A stretch of DNA of 64,000 nt from Bacteroidota bacterium. Its GTDB lineage: Bacteria > Bacteroidota > Bacteroidia > JAKFFM01. Shown here one piece after another: positions 9,782 to 19,391 of the stretch. The position numbers were made by a program, and so were the translations under genes. Where the stretch lies: the NCBI GenBank assembly GCA_036675075.1, contig JAKFFM010000014.1, positions 39,102 to 103,101 of the forward strand, given 5' to 3'. The first letter of the stretch is position 1. The number at the start of each line of letters is the position of its first letter. The notes under the pieces were generated by a model. The model was not told the origin of the DNA and did not search any database. It saw only the letters and a program-made list of their open reading frames with translations.

Positions 9782-11137
9782 ATGTATTACAAAAACATTC
9801 TTGAAACGATTGGTAACACGCCTCTTGTTAAGCTTAACAAGGTTACCAAAGATGTAAAAGGCCTCGTACTGGCTAAAGTGGAAACTTTCAATCCGGGAAA
9901 CTCGATCAAAGACCGTATGGCTCTGAAGATGATCGAGGATGCAGAAAAATCCGGAAAGCTAAAGCCGGGCGGAACCATCATAGAAGGGACATCAGGAAAC
10001 ACCGGGATGGGCCTTGCCATCGCAGCCATTATCAAAGGCTATAAGTGCATCTTCACGACTACAGATAAGCAGTCAAAAGAAAAAGTCGATGCACTGAGAG
10101 CATTCGGAGCAGAAGTAATTGTATGCCCGACCAACGTTGATCCAGAAGATCCACGTTCATATTATTCAGTATCCTCAAGGCTTGAAAAAGAAACACCCAA
10201 TGCCTTCAAGCCAAATCAATACGACAATCCAAGCAACTCGCTGGCGCATTATGAGCAGACGGGGCCGGAGATCTGGGAACAGACTGAAGGCAAGATCACT
10301 CATCTTGTTGTTGGTGTAGGAACAGGCGGTACAATCTGCGGTACAGGAAAGTATCTGAAAGAGAAAAATCCAAACATCAAAATATTGGGTATCGATACCT
10401 ACGGATCTGTATTCAAGAAGTACAAGGAAACCGGCATCTTTGATAAAAGTGAGATCTATCCTTACATCACTGAAGGGATCGGAGAAGACTTTTTACCTGA
10501 GAATGTTGATTTCAGTGTCATCGATCATTTTGAAAAAGTGACCGATAAAGATGCTGCGATCATGACAAGAGAGATCGTAAAGAAAGAAGGCATCTTTGTG
10601 GGTAACTCAGCAGGAGCAGCCATAGCAGGACTTCTTCAGATGAAAGACCAGTTTAAAGAAGATGATGTGATCGTTGTGATCTTTCACGATCATGGTACAC
10701 GTTACCTTGGAAAGATGTTCAATGATGACTGGATGAGAGATCGCGGTTTCCTTGAAAAGCCAAAGCAGACAGCAAGAACGATCATTGAATCAAGAAAAGA
10801 TTTTTCGCTGACATCCGTCGATGCAAACCAGACAGTAGAAGAAGCATTGATGAAGATCACCCGTTCAGATATATCACAACTACCTGTGCTTAAGAATGGT
10901 GAAATGGTCGGATCTTTAAGTGAAAGTTCACTGTTCTCCAAGATCGTAGAAAATCCTTCGGTGAAAACAGCCACTGTGGAAACCATCATGGACAAGCCTT
11001 TCCCATATGTAAATGAAGACACTTCAGTAGAAGAGATCTCCGGAAAGTTTACAAAAGAGATGGGTGCTGTGGCGATCAAAAACAACGGACAGCTCGAGAT
11101 CATCACCAAACATGATATTATAAAAGCGATCATCTGA
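9782..11137 (+). CDS. Cystathionine beta-synthase (PLP-dependent CysK-like domain with a C-terminal CBS pair)
   Basis: PLP-lysine motif GNSIKDRMA, glycine loop GTSGNTG, and two CBS domains at the C-terminus. Confidence 0.85.
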   Translation: MYYKNILETIGNTPLVKLNKVTKDVKGLVLAKVETFNPGNSIKDRMALKMIEDAEKSGKLKPGGTIIEGTSGNTGMGLAIAAIIKGYKCIFTTTDKQSKEKVDALRAFGAEVIVCPTNVDPEDPRSYYSVSSRLEKETPNAFKPNQYDNPSNSLAHYEQTGPEIWEQTEGKITHLVVGVGTGGTICGTGKYLKEKNPNIKILGIDTYGSVFKKYKETGIFDKSEIYPYITEGIGEDFLPENVDFSVIDHFEKVTDKDAAIMTREIVKKEGIFVGNSAGAAIAGLLQMKDQFKEDDVIVVIFHDHGTRYLGKMFNDDWMRDRGFLEKPKQTARTIIESRKDFSLTSVDANQTVEEALMKITRSDISQLPVLKNGEMVGSLSESSLFSKIVENPSVKTATVETIMDKPFPYVNEDTSVEEISGKFTKEMGAVAIKNNGQLEIITKHDIIKAII

Positions 11138-11141
11138 TCCA

Positions 11142-11933
11142 ATGATTGAACTCCTGGATCAGACAGGTTTTACGGTCAGGCTTCACAAAAGGCCTGACCG
11201 TATTGTTTCAGTCGTACCCTCACAAACGGAACTGCTCTCGGCACTTGGACTTGATGACAGGATTGCAGGAATAACAAAGTTCTGCATCCATCCCGATCAT
11301 ATCTTCAGGAACAAGCTTCGTGTCGGAGGAACCAAGACATTGAACATTCAGAAGATCCTCGAACTGAAGCCAGATCTGGTTATTGCGAACAGAGAAGAAA
11401 ATCTTCGCGATCAGATCGAAGCTCTCCGAGAAAAGCTTCCAGTCTATGTAAGTGACATCAATGACCTCGATGCATCATTGCAGATGATCAGCCATGTCGG
11501 AGAGATCACAGGTACATCAGAGAGAGCCAATGAAATGATCAGTACCATCGCCTTTCGTTTCGGGAAGCTGAATGAAGCTATAAAAGATCAGAAGAAAATT
11601 CGTTGCATGTACCTTATCTGGAAAAGCCCGTGGATGGCTGCAGGGCAAGGTACATTCATAAACGACCTGCTTATGAGATCAGGTTTTGAGAATGTAGTTC
11701 AGGATTCACGTTATCCAGAGTTAACCGATGAGCAGATCGCAGCACTCAATCCCGATGTCGTGTTTCTTTCCTCAGAGCCCTTTCCATTTAAGGAAGCACA
11801 TAAAAATGAGCTGCTGAAACAAACAGGCTTATTTAAAGCAGAGCTTGTCGATGGAGAGGTCTTTTCATGGTACGGCAGCAGATTGTTAATAGCACCGGAA
11901 TATCTCGCTGCATTACGGCATTCGCTCGTTTAG
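11142..11933 (+). CDS. Helical-backbone (TroA/BtuF-like) periplasmic-binding-protein family protein with no obvious signal peptide
   Basis: Resembles cluster-A-II substrate-binding proteins (BtuF/FhuD-like): ...RIVSVVPSQTELLSALGL.DRIAG..., ELKPDLVIANRE. Confidence 0.5.
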   Translation: MIELLDQTGFTVRLHKRPDRIVSVVPSQTELLSALGLDDRIAGITKFCIHPDHIFRNKLRVGGTKTLNIQKILELKPDLVIANREENLRDQIEALREKLPVYVSDINDLDASLQMISHVGEITGTSERANEMISTIAFRFGKLNEAIKDQKKIRCMYLIWKSPWMAAGQGTFINDLLMRSGFENVVQDSRYPELTDEQIAALNPDVVFLSSEPFPFKEAHKNELLKQTGLFKAELVDGEVFSWYGSRLLIAPEYLAALRHSLV

Positions 11934-11970
11934 TTATATTATTAGATTTGTAGGTCTTACAAATCCGTAA

Positions 11971-14262
11971 ATGCAGGCCTGGCTACGATCGAGCGTACTT
12001 CTCATGTTCCTGCTGCTGGTACACACCTTCGCTTTCGCGCAGAAAGTTGGTGTTGTTCTTAGCGGTGGCGGCGCATCTGGCTTCGCGCATATCGGTGTAT
12101 TAAAGGCGCTTGAACAAAACAAAATCCCCATCGATTATATCGCAGGAACATCGATGGGAGGACTCGTAGCAGCTTTTTATTCAGCAGGCTATACACCTCA
12201 GCAGATCGAGCTGCTTGTACTCTCTGATGAGTTCAAAAAAGCGACTGAAGGATATCCGGAAGATCAATTCGTTTTCTATTTTAAAAAAGCCTCCACTGAC
12301 GCATCCTGGTTCACGTTCAAACTGTCGCCAGATACATCACTGCAGTCATCATTGCCAACCAACCTGATATCTCCAGTGCCAATTGATTTTCTCCTGATGG
12401 AGAAGCTCGCAGGTGCTGAAGGTGCGTCTCATAAAAACTTTGACAGTCTGTTCATCCCATTCCGATGTGTAGCAGCAGACATCATATCAAAGGAGCAGCT
12501 GATTTTCCGTAATGGCAACCTTCCAATTGCAGTGCGTGCTTCAATGGCATATCCTTTCTTTCTTAAGCCAGTCACTATAGGAAACAAGATGCTTTATGAC
12601 GGAGGACTCTATAATAATTTTCCGGTAGATGTCATGGACAATGAATTTCATCCGGACATCATCATAGGAAGCAATGTGTCATCGAGCATACCACCTCCCA
12701 GTGAAGACAACCTCATTTCACAAGTCAAGAACATCTTAGTAAACAGACATGAAAACCTTAATGTCAAGGCAAAGCTGATTGTAATCAATCCTGCAACAGA
12801 AGACCTTGGAACTTTTGATTTTTCGGATCCTATGGTCGTTATCGACGAAGGATATCAAGCGGCGATAGCGTTAACTGATTCTATCAAAGGCCAGATCAAC
12901 GGACGTGAATCAGAAGACCTTGCTCAAAAAAGATTAAAGTTCAACAGCACAAAGCCACCAGTTGTATTTGACAGCTTAACTGTGCTTGGATTAAAAAAGC
13001 ACCAGGCACATTATGTAGAAAAGCTTGTAAAAAGCAGATCATCCGTTTTCACTATCGAACAGCTAAAGCCAGAATATTTCAGACTGGCTTCAGATGAGAA
13101 GATCAGGTATGTGTATCCTGTTGCTGAATTCAAACCTAAAACTGGCTTTCATAATCTGTACCTCAAAGTGAAGAAAGAGCGGGACATCAGCATGAACTTC
13201 GGAGGCAACTTTTCATCAAAGCCGATCAACCATGCCTTTGTATCACTTAAGTATGATTACCTGCGACGTTCAGGTATCAGCATAACTGCAAACACCTATT
13301 TCGGCAAACTGTACAGTTCATCCCAGGGTCGCATCCGCATTGACTTTCCGAGCCGGTACCTGTTTTACATTGAGCCAGAGATCACGTTGAACCGCTGGGA
13401 TTATTTTAAAAGCTACGCCACGTTTTTTGAAGAAGTGCTGCCCAGCTACCTGATACAGGGAGAGAAATATGTGCAGATGAACATCGGCTTTCCTGCAGGC
13501 AACAAAACGAAAGTAATCACAGGTGCCACTGCCGCCAACCTGGAGAATTCATATTACCAGGTGAAAGTTTTTTCACTGAATGACACCGCAGATGTTACAC
13601 GATTTCAGACCTTCTCCCCTTTCCTGCTGTTTGAAAGGAATACTCTGAACAGAAAGCAGTATGCAAGTGCGGGAACAGGAATGACCTTTTCAATCAGGTA
13701 TGTTCAGGGAAATGAATCACACACAGCAGGTTCAACATCTGTGATCAAGGATCCTGTGTTTACATTTCATAAATGGGTACAGGGAAAGTTCACTTACGAA
13801 ACCTATTTTAAGCGCAGAGGATTCCTTCGCTTGGGACTTTATACAGAGCTTGTTTATTCAAGCCAGACATTCTTCAACAACTACACAGCGACACTTCTCT
13901 TTCTCCCGAGATTTCAGCCAACACCAGAGAGCAGAACGTTGTTTATAGAGAAGTACACCAATCCTGTTTACGCAGGGATAGGAAGCCGTAATGTGATGAT
14001 GCTTCCGAAAGGCTTTGAGCTAAGACTGGAAGGTTACCTGTTTGAACCATATAAAGAATTGATCAGGACACCCAACCAGCTCACGGAATATTCACAGGAG
14101 GCTTTCCTTGAACCATTTTTTGTCGCTTCATCGGCATTGGTGTATCAATCTTTTCTGGGGCCGGCCAGCTTAAGCTTTAATTACTACGGTGGAAAGGATA
14201 AACCATATAGCTTTCTTTTCAACTTCGGATACCTGATATTCAACAAACGAGCGTTAGACTAA
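11971..14262 (+). CDS. Patatin-like phospholipase fused to a C-terminal Omp85/surface-antigen beta-barrel (PlpD-like, type Vd autotransporter architecture)
   Basis: Signal peptide. Patatin motifs GGGASGFAHIGV (oxyanion hole), GTSMGG (GxSxG nucleophile) and DGG (catalytic Asp, LYDGGLYNNFP). About 450 aa of C-terminal beta-rich domain ending in an aromatic residue. Confidence 0.8.
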   Translation: MQAWLRSSVLLMFLLLVHTFAFAQKVGVVLSGGGASGFAHIGVLKALEQNKIPIDYIAGTSMGGLVAAFYSAGYTPQQIELLVLSDEFKKATEGYPEDQFVFYFKKASTDASWFTFKLSPDTSLQSSLPTNLISPVPIDFLLMEKLAGAEGASHKNFDSLFIPFRCVAADIISKEQLIFRNGNLPIAVRASMAYPFFLKPVTIGNKMLYDGGLYNNFPVDVMDNEFHPDIIIGSNVSSSIPPPSEDNLISQVKNILVNRHENLNVKAKLIVINPATEDLGTFDFSDPMVVIDEGYQAAIALTDSIKGQINGRESEDLAQKRLKFNSTKPPVVFDSLTVLGLKKHQAHYVEKLVKSRSSVFTIEQLKPEYFRLASDEKIRYVYPVAEFKPKTGFHNLYLKVKKERDISMNFGGNFSSKPINHAFVSLKYDYLRRSGISITANTYFGKLYSSSQGRIRIDFPSRYLFYIEPEITLNRWDYFKSYATFFEEVLPSYLIQGEKYVQMNIGFPAGNKTKVITGATAANLENSYYQVKVFSLNDTADVTRFQTFSPFLLFERNTLNRKQYASAGTGMTFSIRYVQGNESHTAGSTSVIKDPVFTFHKWVQGKFTYETYFKRRGFLRLGLYTELVYSSQTFFNNYTATLLFLPRFQPTPESRTLFIEKYTNPVYAGIGSRNVMMLPKGFELRLEGYLFEPYKELIRTPNQLTEYSQEAFLEPFFVASSALVYQSFLGPASLSFNYYGGKDKPYSFLFNFGYLIFNKRALD

Positions 14263-14870
14263 TGAAGATCATTTGCATAGGACGAAATTACGCGCAGCAT
14301 GCAGCTGAGCTAAAAAATGAAGTACCCTCAGAACCGGTTGTATTTCTAAAGCCTGACACAGCACTCTTAAAAGACAGAGACTTTTATATTCCAACATTTT
14401 CAAAAGATATACATCATGAGCTTGAACTTGTGATCAGGATCTCAAAGAATGGAAAATTCATTGAAGAGAAGTTTGCATCAAAGTATTACCAGGAGATCGG
14501 ATTGGGAATCGATTTTACTGCACGGGATGTCCAGGAAGAATGCAAGAAGAAAGGACTTCCCTGGGAGAAAGCAAAAGCCTTTGACAACTCTGCACCACTT
14601 GGTTCATTTATTCCTGTTGATGAGCTGAAAGACCGAAACAACATCAGGTTCACACTTCTGAAGAATGGACAAGTTCAGCAGGAAGGAGATAGCAGCCTGA
14701 TGCTTTTTCCATTTGAGAAGATCATCTCGTATGTATCACGCTATTTTACACTGAAAACCGGGGATCTGATCTTTACCGGAACTCCGGCAGGCGTATCTGC
14801 TGTAAACCAGGGAGATGTCCTGGAAGGGCTGCTAGAAGGGAAAAAATTACTCGAAATTAAAATCCGCTAA
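14262..14870 (+). CDS. Fumarylacetoacetate hydrolase (FAH) family protein
   Basis: MKIICIGRNYAQHAAEL ... LKTGDLIFTGTPAGV is a typical FAH/HpcE-like core. Start overlaps the previous stop (TAATG). Confidence 0.85.
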   Translation: MKIICIGRNYAQHAAELKNEVPSEPVVFLKPDTALLKDRDFYIPTFSKDIHHELELVIRISKNGKFIEEKFASKYYQEIGLGIDFTARDVQEECKKKGLPWEKAKAFDNSAPLGSFIPVDELKDRNNIRFTLLKNGQVQQEGDSSLMLFPFEKIISYVSRYFTLKTGDLIFTGTPAGVSAVNQGDVLEGLLEGKKLLEIKIR

Positions 14871-14887
14871 TTCTGCAAAAAACAGTC

Positions 14888-14918
14888 TTGACATTCCTGA
14901 TCTGGTGATTTAAATTTG
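14888..14918 (+). promoter_or_regulatory. Putative Bacteroidota sigma-A promoter (TTG, 20 nt spacer, TAAATTTG) for the small ORF at 14962
   Basis: TTG at 14888-14890. TAAATTTG at 14911-14918 matches the TAnnTTTG -7 consensus with appropriate spacing. Confidence 0.4.
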
Positions 14919-14961
14919 AAAGAGTCATGTTCTTTTAAGCTTATCACTAAATCAATATATC

Positions 14962-15156
14962 ATGAAAACAACTGAAAAAAGACAGGGAAGTTCAATGAAA
15001 AGTTTCGACTACTATGATTCAGAATTGAGAGTAAGAAAAGGAGTTAAAGAAAAACGAAAAGACAAGACACTCAGTAATATAAAGTCCTTCTTTCATGGAA
15101 GCAACCTTCAGGAAAGCCTTAAAATGGTTGAAGATATTGACACATTTGAAGATTAA
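14962..15156 (+). CDS. Small hypothetical protein (64 aa, highly charged)
   Basis: ATG-initiated ORF flanked by a consensus-like promoter and a strong terminator. No recognisable domain. Confidence 0.3.
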   Translation: MKTTEKRQGSSMKSFDYYDSELRVRKGVKEKRKDKTLSNIKSFFHGSNLQESLKMVEDIDTFED

Positions 15157-15172
15157 GCTTCATCCTTAAAAA

Positions 15173-15212
15173 GAAAGCCCCTTCTGACGTACAGAAGGGG
15201 CTTTCTTATTTT
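15173..15212. terminator. Bidirectional intrinsic terminator between convergent genes
   Basis: Perfect 14-bp stem GAAAGCCCCTTCTG (15173-15186) / CAGAAGGGGCTTTC (15192-15205), 5-nt loop, flanked by an A-run upstream and TTATTTT downstream. Confidence 0.8.
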
Positions 15213-15223
15213 AGTAGTTCAAG

Positions 15224-15910
15224 TCAGACATCGATCAGATAATCCTCAATAAATTCACGTACACAACCATCGCCGCCTTTACGGTCAAGTATCACATCCG
15301 CGATCGCTTTCACCTTCGCTACAGCATCCGAAGGGCATGCAGTAAAACCGCATTTCTTCATCACTTCAAGGTCATTCACATCGTCGCCGATATACGCAAC
15401 CTCTTCCCAGCCAAGAGACATCCTTTTGAGCCATGAATCAAGAATACCCAGCTTTGGATCAAGTCCGACATACGTATTTTGAACTCCCAGAAGCTTTGCT
15501 CTCGAGTTAACCAGCATGTCGTTGATCCCTGAACTTAAAAAAGCAACCTGGAATCCGGATTTCGTAAGCTTTTTAAGCGCCATACCATCGCGTGTATGAA
15601 AACGCTTGAACTCATCACCAGACTGCGTGTAGAACATACCACCTTCAGTAAGCACACCATCAACATCCAGAACCAGCAAGCGAACCTCTGGCTTCTTCAC
15701 TGCAATATCTTTTGACGTAAGACGATCAAGTGAGATACCGAAATAAGCAGCAGCAGCACGGGCGAAACTTAACGATGGTTCACGTTTTCCGGTAAGCACA
15801 TCATTGATCTCTGTCTGAGTAATAACCTGGGATGAATGAAAGTCCTTTCCTGCATCGCCTTTCAGCAACGCATCAACATTTTTCAGAAATATGCTGTGAT
15901 CAGATGACAT
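15224..15910 (-). CDS. kdsC: HAD-IIIA KdsC-family phosphatase (3-deoxy-D-manno-octulosonate-8-phosphate phosphatase-like) with an unusual ~75-aa N-terminal extension
   Basis: Core LLVLDVDGVLTEGGMFY...DG.ALKKL...AFLSS...EVAYIGDDVNDLEVM...CPSDA. Confidence 0.7.
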   Translation of the reverse strand: MSSDHSIFLKNVDALLKGDAGKDFHSSQVITQTEINDVLTGKREPSLSFARAAAAYFGISLDRLTSKDIAVKKPEVRLLVLDVDGVLTEGGMFYTQSGDEFKRFHTRDGMALKKLTKSGFQVAFLSSGINDMLVNSRAKLLGVQNTYVGLDPKLGILDSWLKRMSLGWEEVAYIGDDVNDLEVMKKCGFTACPSDAVAKVKAIADVILDRKGGDGCVREFIEDYLIDV

Positions 15911-16898
15911 TACGTCCTATGGCTTTACCAATTGGCTGAAGTGTGTTATACAGTGTGGTGAACTGGTCGAAGTCAAGCTGCTGTGAAGCATCAGATTTTG
16001 CCACCTTTGGGTTCGGATGGGTTTCGATCAACAGACCATCGACCCCCATAGCCATGGAAGCCCGGGCAAGATCAGCAACACCGTATGCATAGCCAATGGC
16101 GTGACTTGGATCGACAATGATTGGAAGATTGGTATGTTCTTTCAGGTAGGCAACACCGCAAAGATCAAGGGTGAAACGAGTCTTTGTTTCAAACGTACGG
16201 ATACCTCTTTCACAAAGCATCACATTTGGATTTCCGCCTGAAAGTACAAACTCCGCAGCCTGAACGAATTCCTGCAGGGTTGATCCGAATCCACGCTTAA
16301 GCAGCACGGGCTTACCAGACCTTGCACATCCTTTCAGAATTCCATGATCGTACATTGCTTTTGCGCCGATCTGAAGAATATCAGCATATTCGATCACTTC
16401 GTTCACATGCGTACTGTCGCGGATCTCCGTGATGATCTTTAAATCATACTTAGACCGCATTTTATCAAGCAGCTTTAATCCTTCAAGACCGAGTCCCTGG
16501 AACGTGTATGGTGATGTACGAGGCTTGAAAGCACCGGCACGCAGGATCTTTACACCAAGCTTTACACAAAGCTGAGCAGCCTGTTCGATCTGCTCTTCCG
16601 ATTCAACAGAACATGGTCCGGTAATCACTACCGTGTTGTTAGTTCCACCACCAATAGTCGCGGCCCCTATAGTAACTTTTCTTACCTCCTGCTTATACTT
16701 TCGGTTGGCAAGCTGCATATCATTATCGAATACCCAGCTGTTTTCCGCAAGCTCTTTATACTTTTCCGGTATCTCGCGCAAAGCGGATGGAGTGATCAAT
16801 ACCAGTGAATTATCCTCTTCGATCACAAAAGCCTGCAGGTCTTTAGCGAGCTCCTCTGCCCTGTTTTTATCTATTCCTGCTTTTAGCCTGATTATCAT
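15900..16898 (-). CDS. 3-deoxy-7-phosphoheptulonate (DAHP) synthase, type Ibeta with N-terminal regulatory domain
   Basis: GPCSVESEEQ and RAGAFKPRTSPYTFQGLG are the DAHPS-Ibeta signature, as opposed to the KDO8PS FDKANRSS signature. Also LLKRG, ERGIRTFE, DPSH. The ~75-aa N-terminal extension is as in Thermotoga-type AroG. Confidence 0.8.
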   Translation of the reverse strand: MIIRLKAGIDKNRAEELAKDLQAFVIEEDNSLVLITPSALREIPEKYKELAENSWVFDNDMQLANRKYKQEVRKVTIGAATIGGGTNNTVVITGPCSVESEEQIEQAAQLCVKLGVKILRAGAFKPRTSPYTFQGLGLEGLKLLDKMRSKYDLKIITEIRDSTHVNEVIEYADILQIGAKAMYDHGILKGCARSGKPVLLKRGFGSTLQEFVQAAEFVLSGGNPNVMLCERGIRTFETKTRFTLDLCGVAYLKEHTNLPIIVDPSHAIGYAYGVADLARASMAMGVDGLLIETHPNPKVAKSDASQQLDFDQFTTLYNTLQPIGKAIGRNVI

Positions 16899-17896
16899 GC
16901 TTCTCCTTTGATTAGATTATTAAATGAAAGCGCCCCTTTGAGCTTGCCTGCATCATTGATCACAGGCACGAACATCACGGGAAACTTTTTCTGTTTTATT
17001 TCTTTCAGCATCTCTGCTATGGTACAATTTTCATTGAGACAAAAAGGCTGTGGATTTAAAAGATCAGAAACCTCAAGAGTTTCAAGAGATTCAATCTTTT
17101 TAATCATTCCTCTTCTTAAATCTGCATTGCTGATCAATCCTTCAAGCTTATCATCTTCATTCACCATCAGCGTAAAGCCAAGTCTGAATTTTTCGATGGA
17201 TTCCAGCACTTCTTTTAATGGTGATTTCTTTGATATCATTGGTAATTCATCCGGGTGCAGCATGAATTCACTGATCTTTATTTCTGAATGAACAGAATCA
17301 TTGCGAAGGCGATGCAATGCGGATCCGATGAAATCTGCGTTGACAAGGAACGAACCTGAAACAACGAGGTTGATTCCCATATTTCTTAGCACGAATGAAA
17401 GCTCATCATTTATTCCACCGTCAACATGAAATGATTTTCCAGGAAACCGGTTTCTGAATGAACGGATATTCTTGTAATTCGCACTTTTAAAGCCATCACC
17501 TGTCCGGCCTGGTGTTTCCGAAGTGAATAAAAGGAAATCAAAATCACCTTTCTCTTCCAACATCTGAATGCTGGTTGTTGGCTTTATCGCGAAACCTGTT
17601 TTTGTGGCTTTCAAAGAAGGCCATCTGAATCCCTGCGGGAGTTCTTCCAATTGAAAAGCAACCATTTCAGTCGCGTCTTCCTCAATCAGGGGGATGTACT
17701 TTTCAGGTGATTGTGTGATGATATGAAGATCAATCGGCGTCTTGCAGATTGCACGTATCCTGGATATATCGGAAAATACAGCCGGATCATCATTGCAGTC
17801 GATGTGAATATAATCGACATGAAGGCTGTCAAGTTCTTTTACAAGGTCTTCGAGTTTTTTAGTCTTGTTCGAATAAACCGAAGCAGAGATTTTCAT
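16895..17896 (-). CDS. Ribulose-phosphate 3-epimerase-like (Rpe fold) domain fused to a C-terminal CBS-domain pair
   Basis: Rpe metal-binding and barrel motifs are recognisable (HIDCNDD, DLHIITQSPEKYI, TPGRTGDGF, FHVDGGIN). About 110 C-terminal residues form a CBS pair. Confidence 0.6.
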   Translation of the reverse strand: MKISASVYSNKTKKLEDLVKELDSLHVDYIHIDCNDDPAVFSDISRIRAICKTPIDLHIITQSPEKYIPLIEEDATEMVAFQLEELPQGFRWPSLKATKTGFAIKPTTSIQMLEEKGDFDFLLFTSETPGRTGDGFKSANYKNIRSFRNRFPGKSFHVDGGINDELSFVLRNMGINLVVSGSFLVNADFIGSALHRLRNDSVHSEIKISEFMLHPDELPMISKKSPLKEVLESIEKFRLGFTLMVNEDDKLEGLISNADLRRGMIKKIESLETLEVSDLLNPQPFCLNENCTIAEMLKEIKQKKFPVMFVPVINDAGKLKGALSFNNLIKGEA

Positions 17897-19362
17897 TACC
17901 TGCTATAGTTAGGAGCTTCCCTTGTGATCTGAACATCGTGCGGATGGCTTTCTCTGACACCTGCCGGAGTGACTCTGATGAATTTCGCTTTCTGAAGAGC
18001 TTTCACATCCTTTGCACCCACGTATCCCATACCTGCACGAAGCCCGCCGATCATCTGGTACATCACTTCAGACAGTGTTCCTTTGTATGGTACACGGCCT
18101 GAGATACCTTCAGGGACAAGCTTTTTGATATCATCTTCAACATCCTGGAAATAACGATCCTTTGATCCATGCTGCATCGCCTCGATCGAACCCATTCCAC
18201 GATATGATTTGAATTTTCTTCCTTCAAAGATGATTGTTTCACCCGGAGATTCTTCAACACCAGCGAACAGTGATCCCGCCATGATCGTTCCAGCACCAGC
18301 TGCAAGAGCCTTTACGATATCACCTGTGAAACGGATCCCGCCATCAGCGATGATCGGCACACCAGTTCCTTTAAGGCCCTGCGCTACATTCAGCACGGCA
18401 AACAGCTGAGGCACACCAACACCTGCGATCACACGCGTGGTGCAGATAGATCCTGGCCCAATACCTACTTTCACCGCATCAGCACCCGCTTCAACAAGCG
18501 CTTTACCAGCTTCTGCAGTCGCGATGTTACCGACAATGACCTGAAGGTCTTTGTACTTTTTCTTTACTGCTTTGAGCGTGCTGATCACACCCTTTGAATG
18601 ACCATGGGCAGTATCAATGGTGATTGCGTCTACGCTGGCATTGAAAAGAGCTTCCACGCGGTCCATCACATCAGCGGTAACACCCACAGCAGCTGCCACT
18701 CTAAGGCGGCCAAGGTGATCCTTGCAAGCATTCGGGCGAACTTTAATCTTTATGATATCCTTGTAAGTGATCAGACCTACCAGCTTATTGTTTTTCCCCA
18801 CAACAGGAAGCTTTTCGATCTTGTATTCCTGGAGTATTTCCTCGGCTTTCTTAAGATCAGTGCCTTGTTTTGTTGTGATGATATTTTCTTTTGTCATGAC
18901 TTCCCACACAGGTCTGCCATGGTTTTTTTCAAAACGCAGATCGCGGTTTGTTACAATCCCGACAAGCTCATGTTTCGCGTTGATCACAGGGATTCCACCG
19001 ATCTTGAATTCTTTCATCAGGGCCAGTGCATCGAACACAGAAGCATTTTCAAGAAGAGTGACAGGATCCATGATCATTCCACTCTCAGATCGCTTCACTT
19101 TTCGAACGTGGTCGGCCTGAGCCTGTATGCTCATGTTCTTATGAAGAACACCGATACCACCCTCCTGCGCGATCGCGATAGCAAGTTGATATTCAGTTAC
19201 AGTGTCCATTGCGGCAGACACGATAGGTGCTTTGATACGAATCTCTCTTGTGAAATTGCTTGAAATATCCACATCGCGTGGAAGAACTTCAGAGTAAGCC
19301 GGTACGAGGAGAACATCGTCGTAGGTGAGCCCTTCACCTACAAATTTGGTGGAATTTAACAT
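17896..19362 (-). CDS. guaB: IMP dehydrogenase
   Basis: 488 aa. Catalytic Cys loop [14 protein letters not shown] subdomain insertion. C-terminal flap. Confidence 0.97.
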   Translation of the reverse strand: MLNSTKFVGEGLTYDDVLLVPAYSEVLPRDVDISSNFTREIRIKAPIVSAAMDTVTEYQLAIAIAQEGGIGVLHKNMSIQAQADHVRKVKRSESGMIMDPVTLLENASVFDALALMKEFKIGGIPVINAKHELVGIVTNRDLRFEKNHGRPVWEVMTKENIITTKQGTDLKKAEEILQEYKIEKLPVVGKNNKLVGLITYKDIIKIKVRPNACKDHLGRLRVAAAVGVTADVMDRVEALFNASVDAITIDTAHGHSKGVISTLKAVKKKYKDLQVIVGNIATAEAGKALVEAGADAVKVGIGPGSICTTRVIAGVGVPQLFAVLNVAQGLKGTGVPIIADGGIRFTGDIVKALAAGAGTIMAGSLFAGVEESPGETIIFEGRKFKSYRGMGSIEAMQHGSKDRYFQDVEDDIKKLVPEGISGRVPYKGTLSEVMYQMIGGLRAGMGYVGAKDVKALQKAKFIRVTPAGVRESHPHDVQITREAPNYSR

Positions 19363-19391
19363 AGTATTCCTTCCTTACGAAATTCATGCAA

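Noticed and set aside
15900-16898. Calling this gene kdsA (KDO-8-P synthase) because it neighbours a KdsC-like gene
   Set aside because: The sequence carries the DAHP-synthase-Ibeta signature RxGAFKPRTSPYxFQG and an N-terminal regulatory domain. It lacks the KDO8PS KANRSS motif. I therefore annotated it as DAHPS and flagged the context as unusual.
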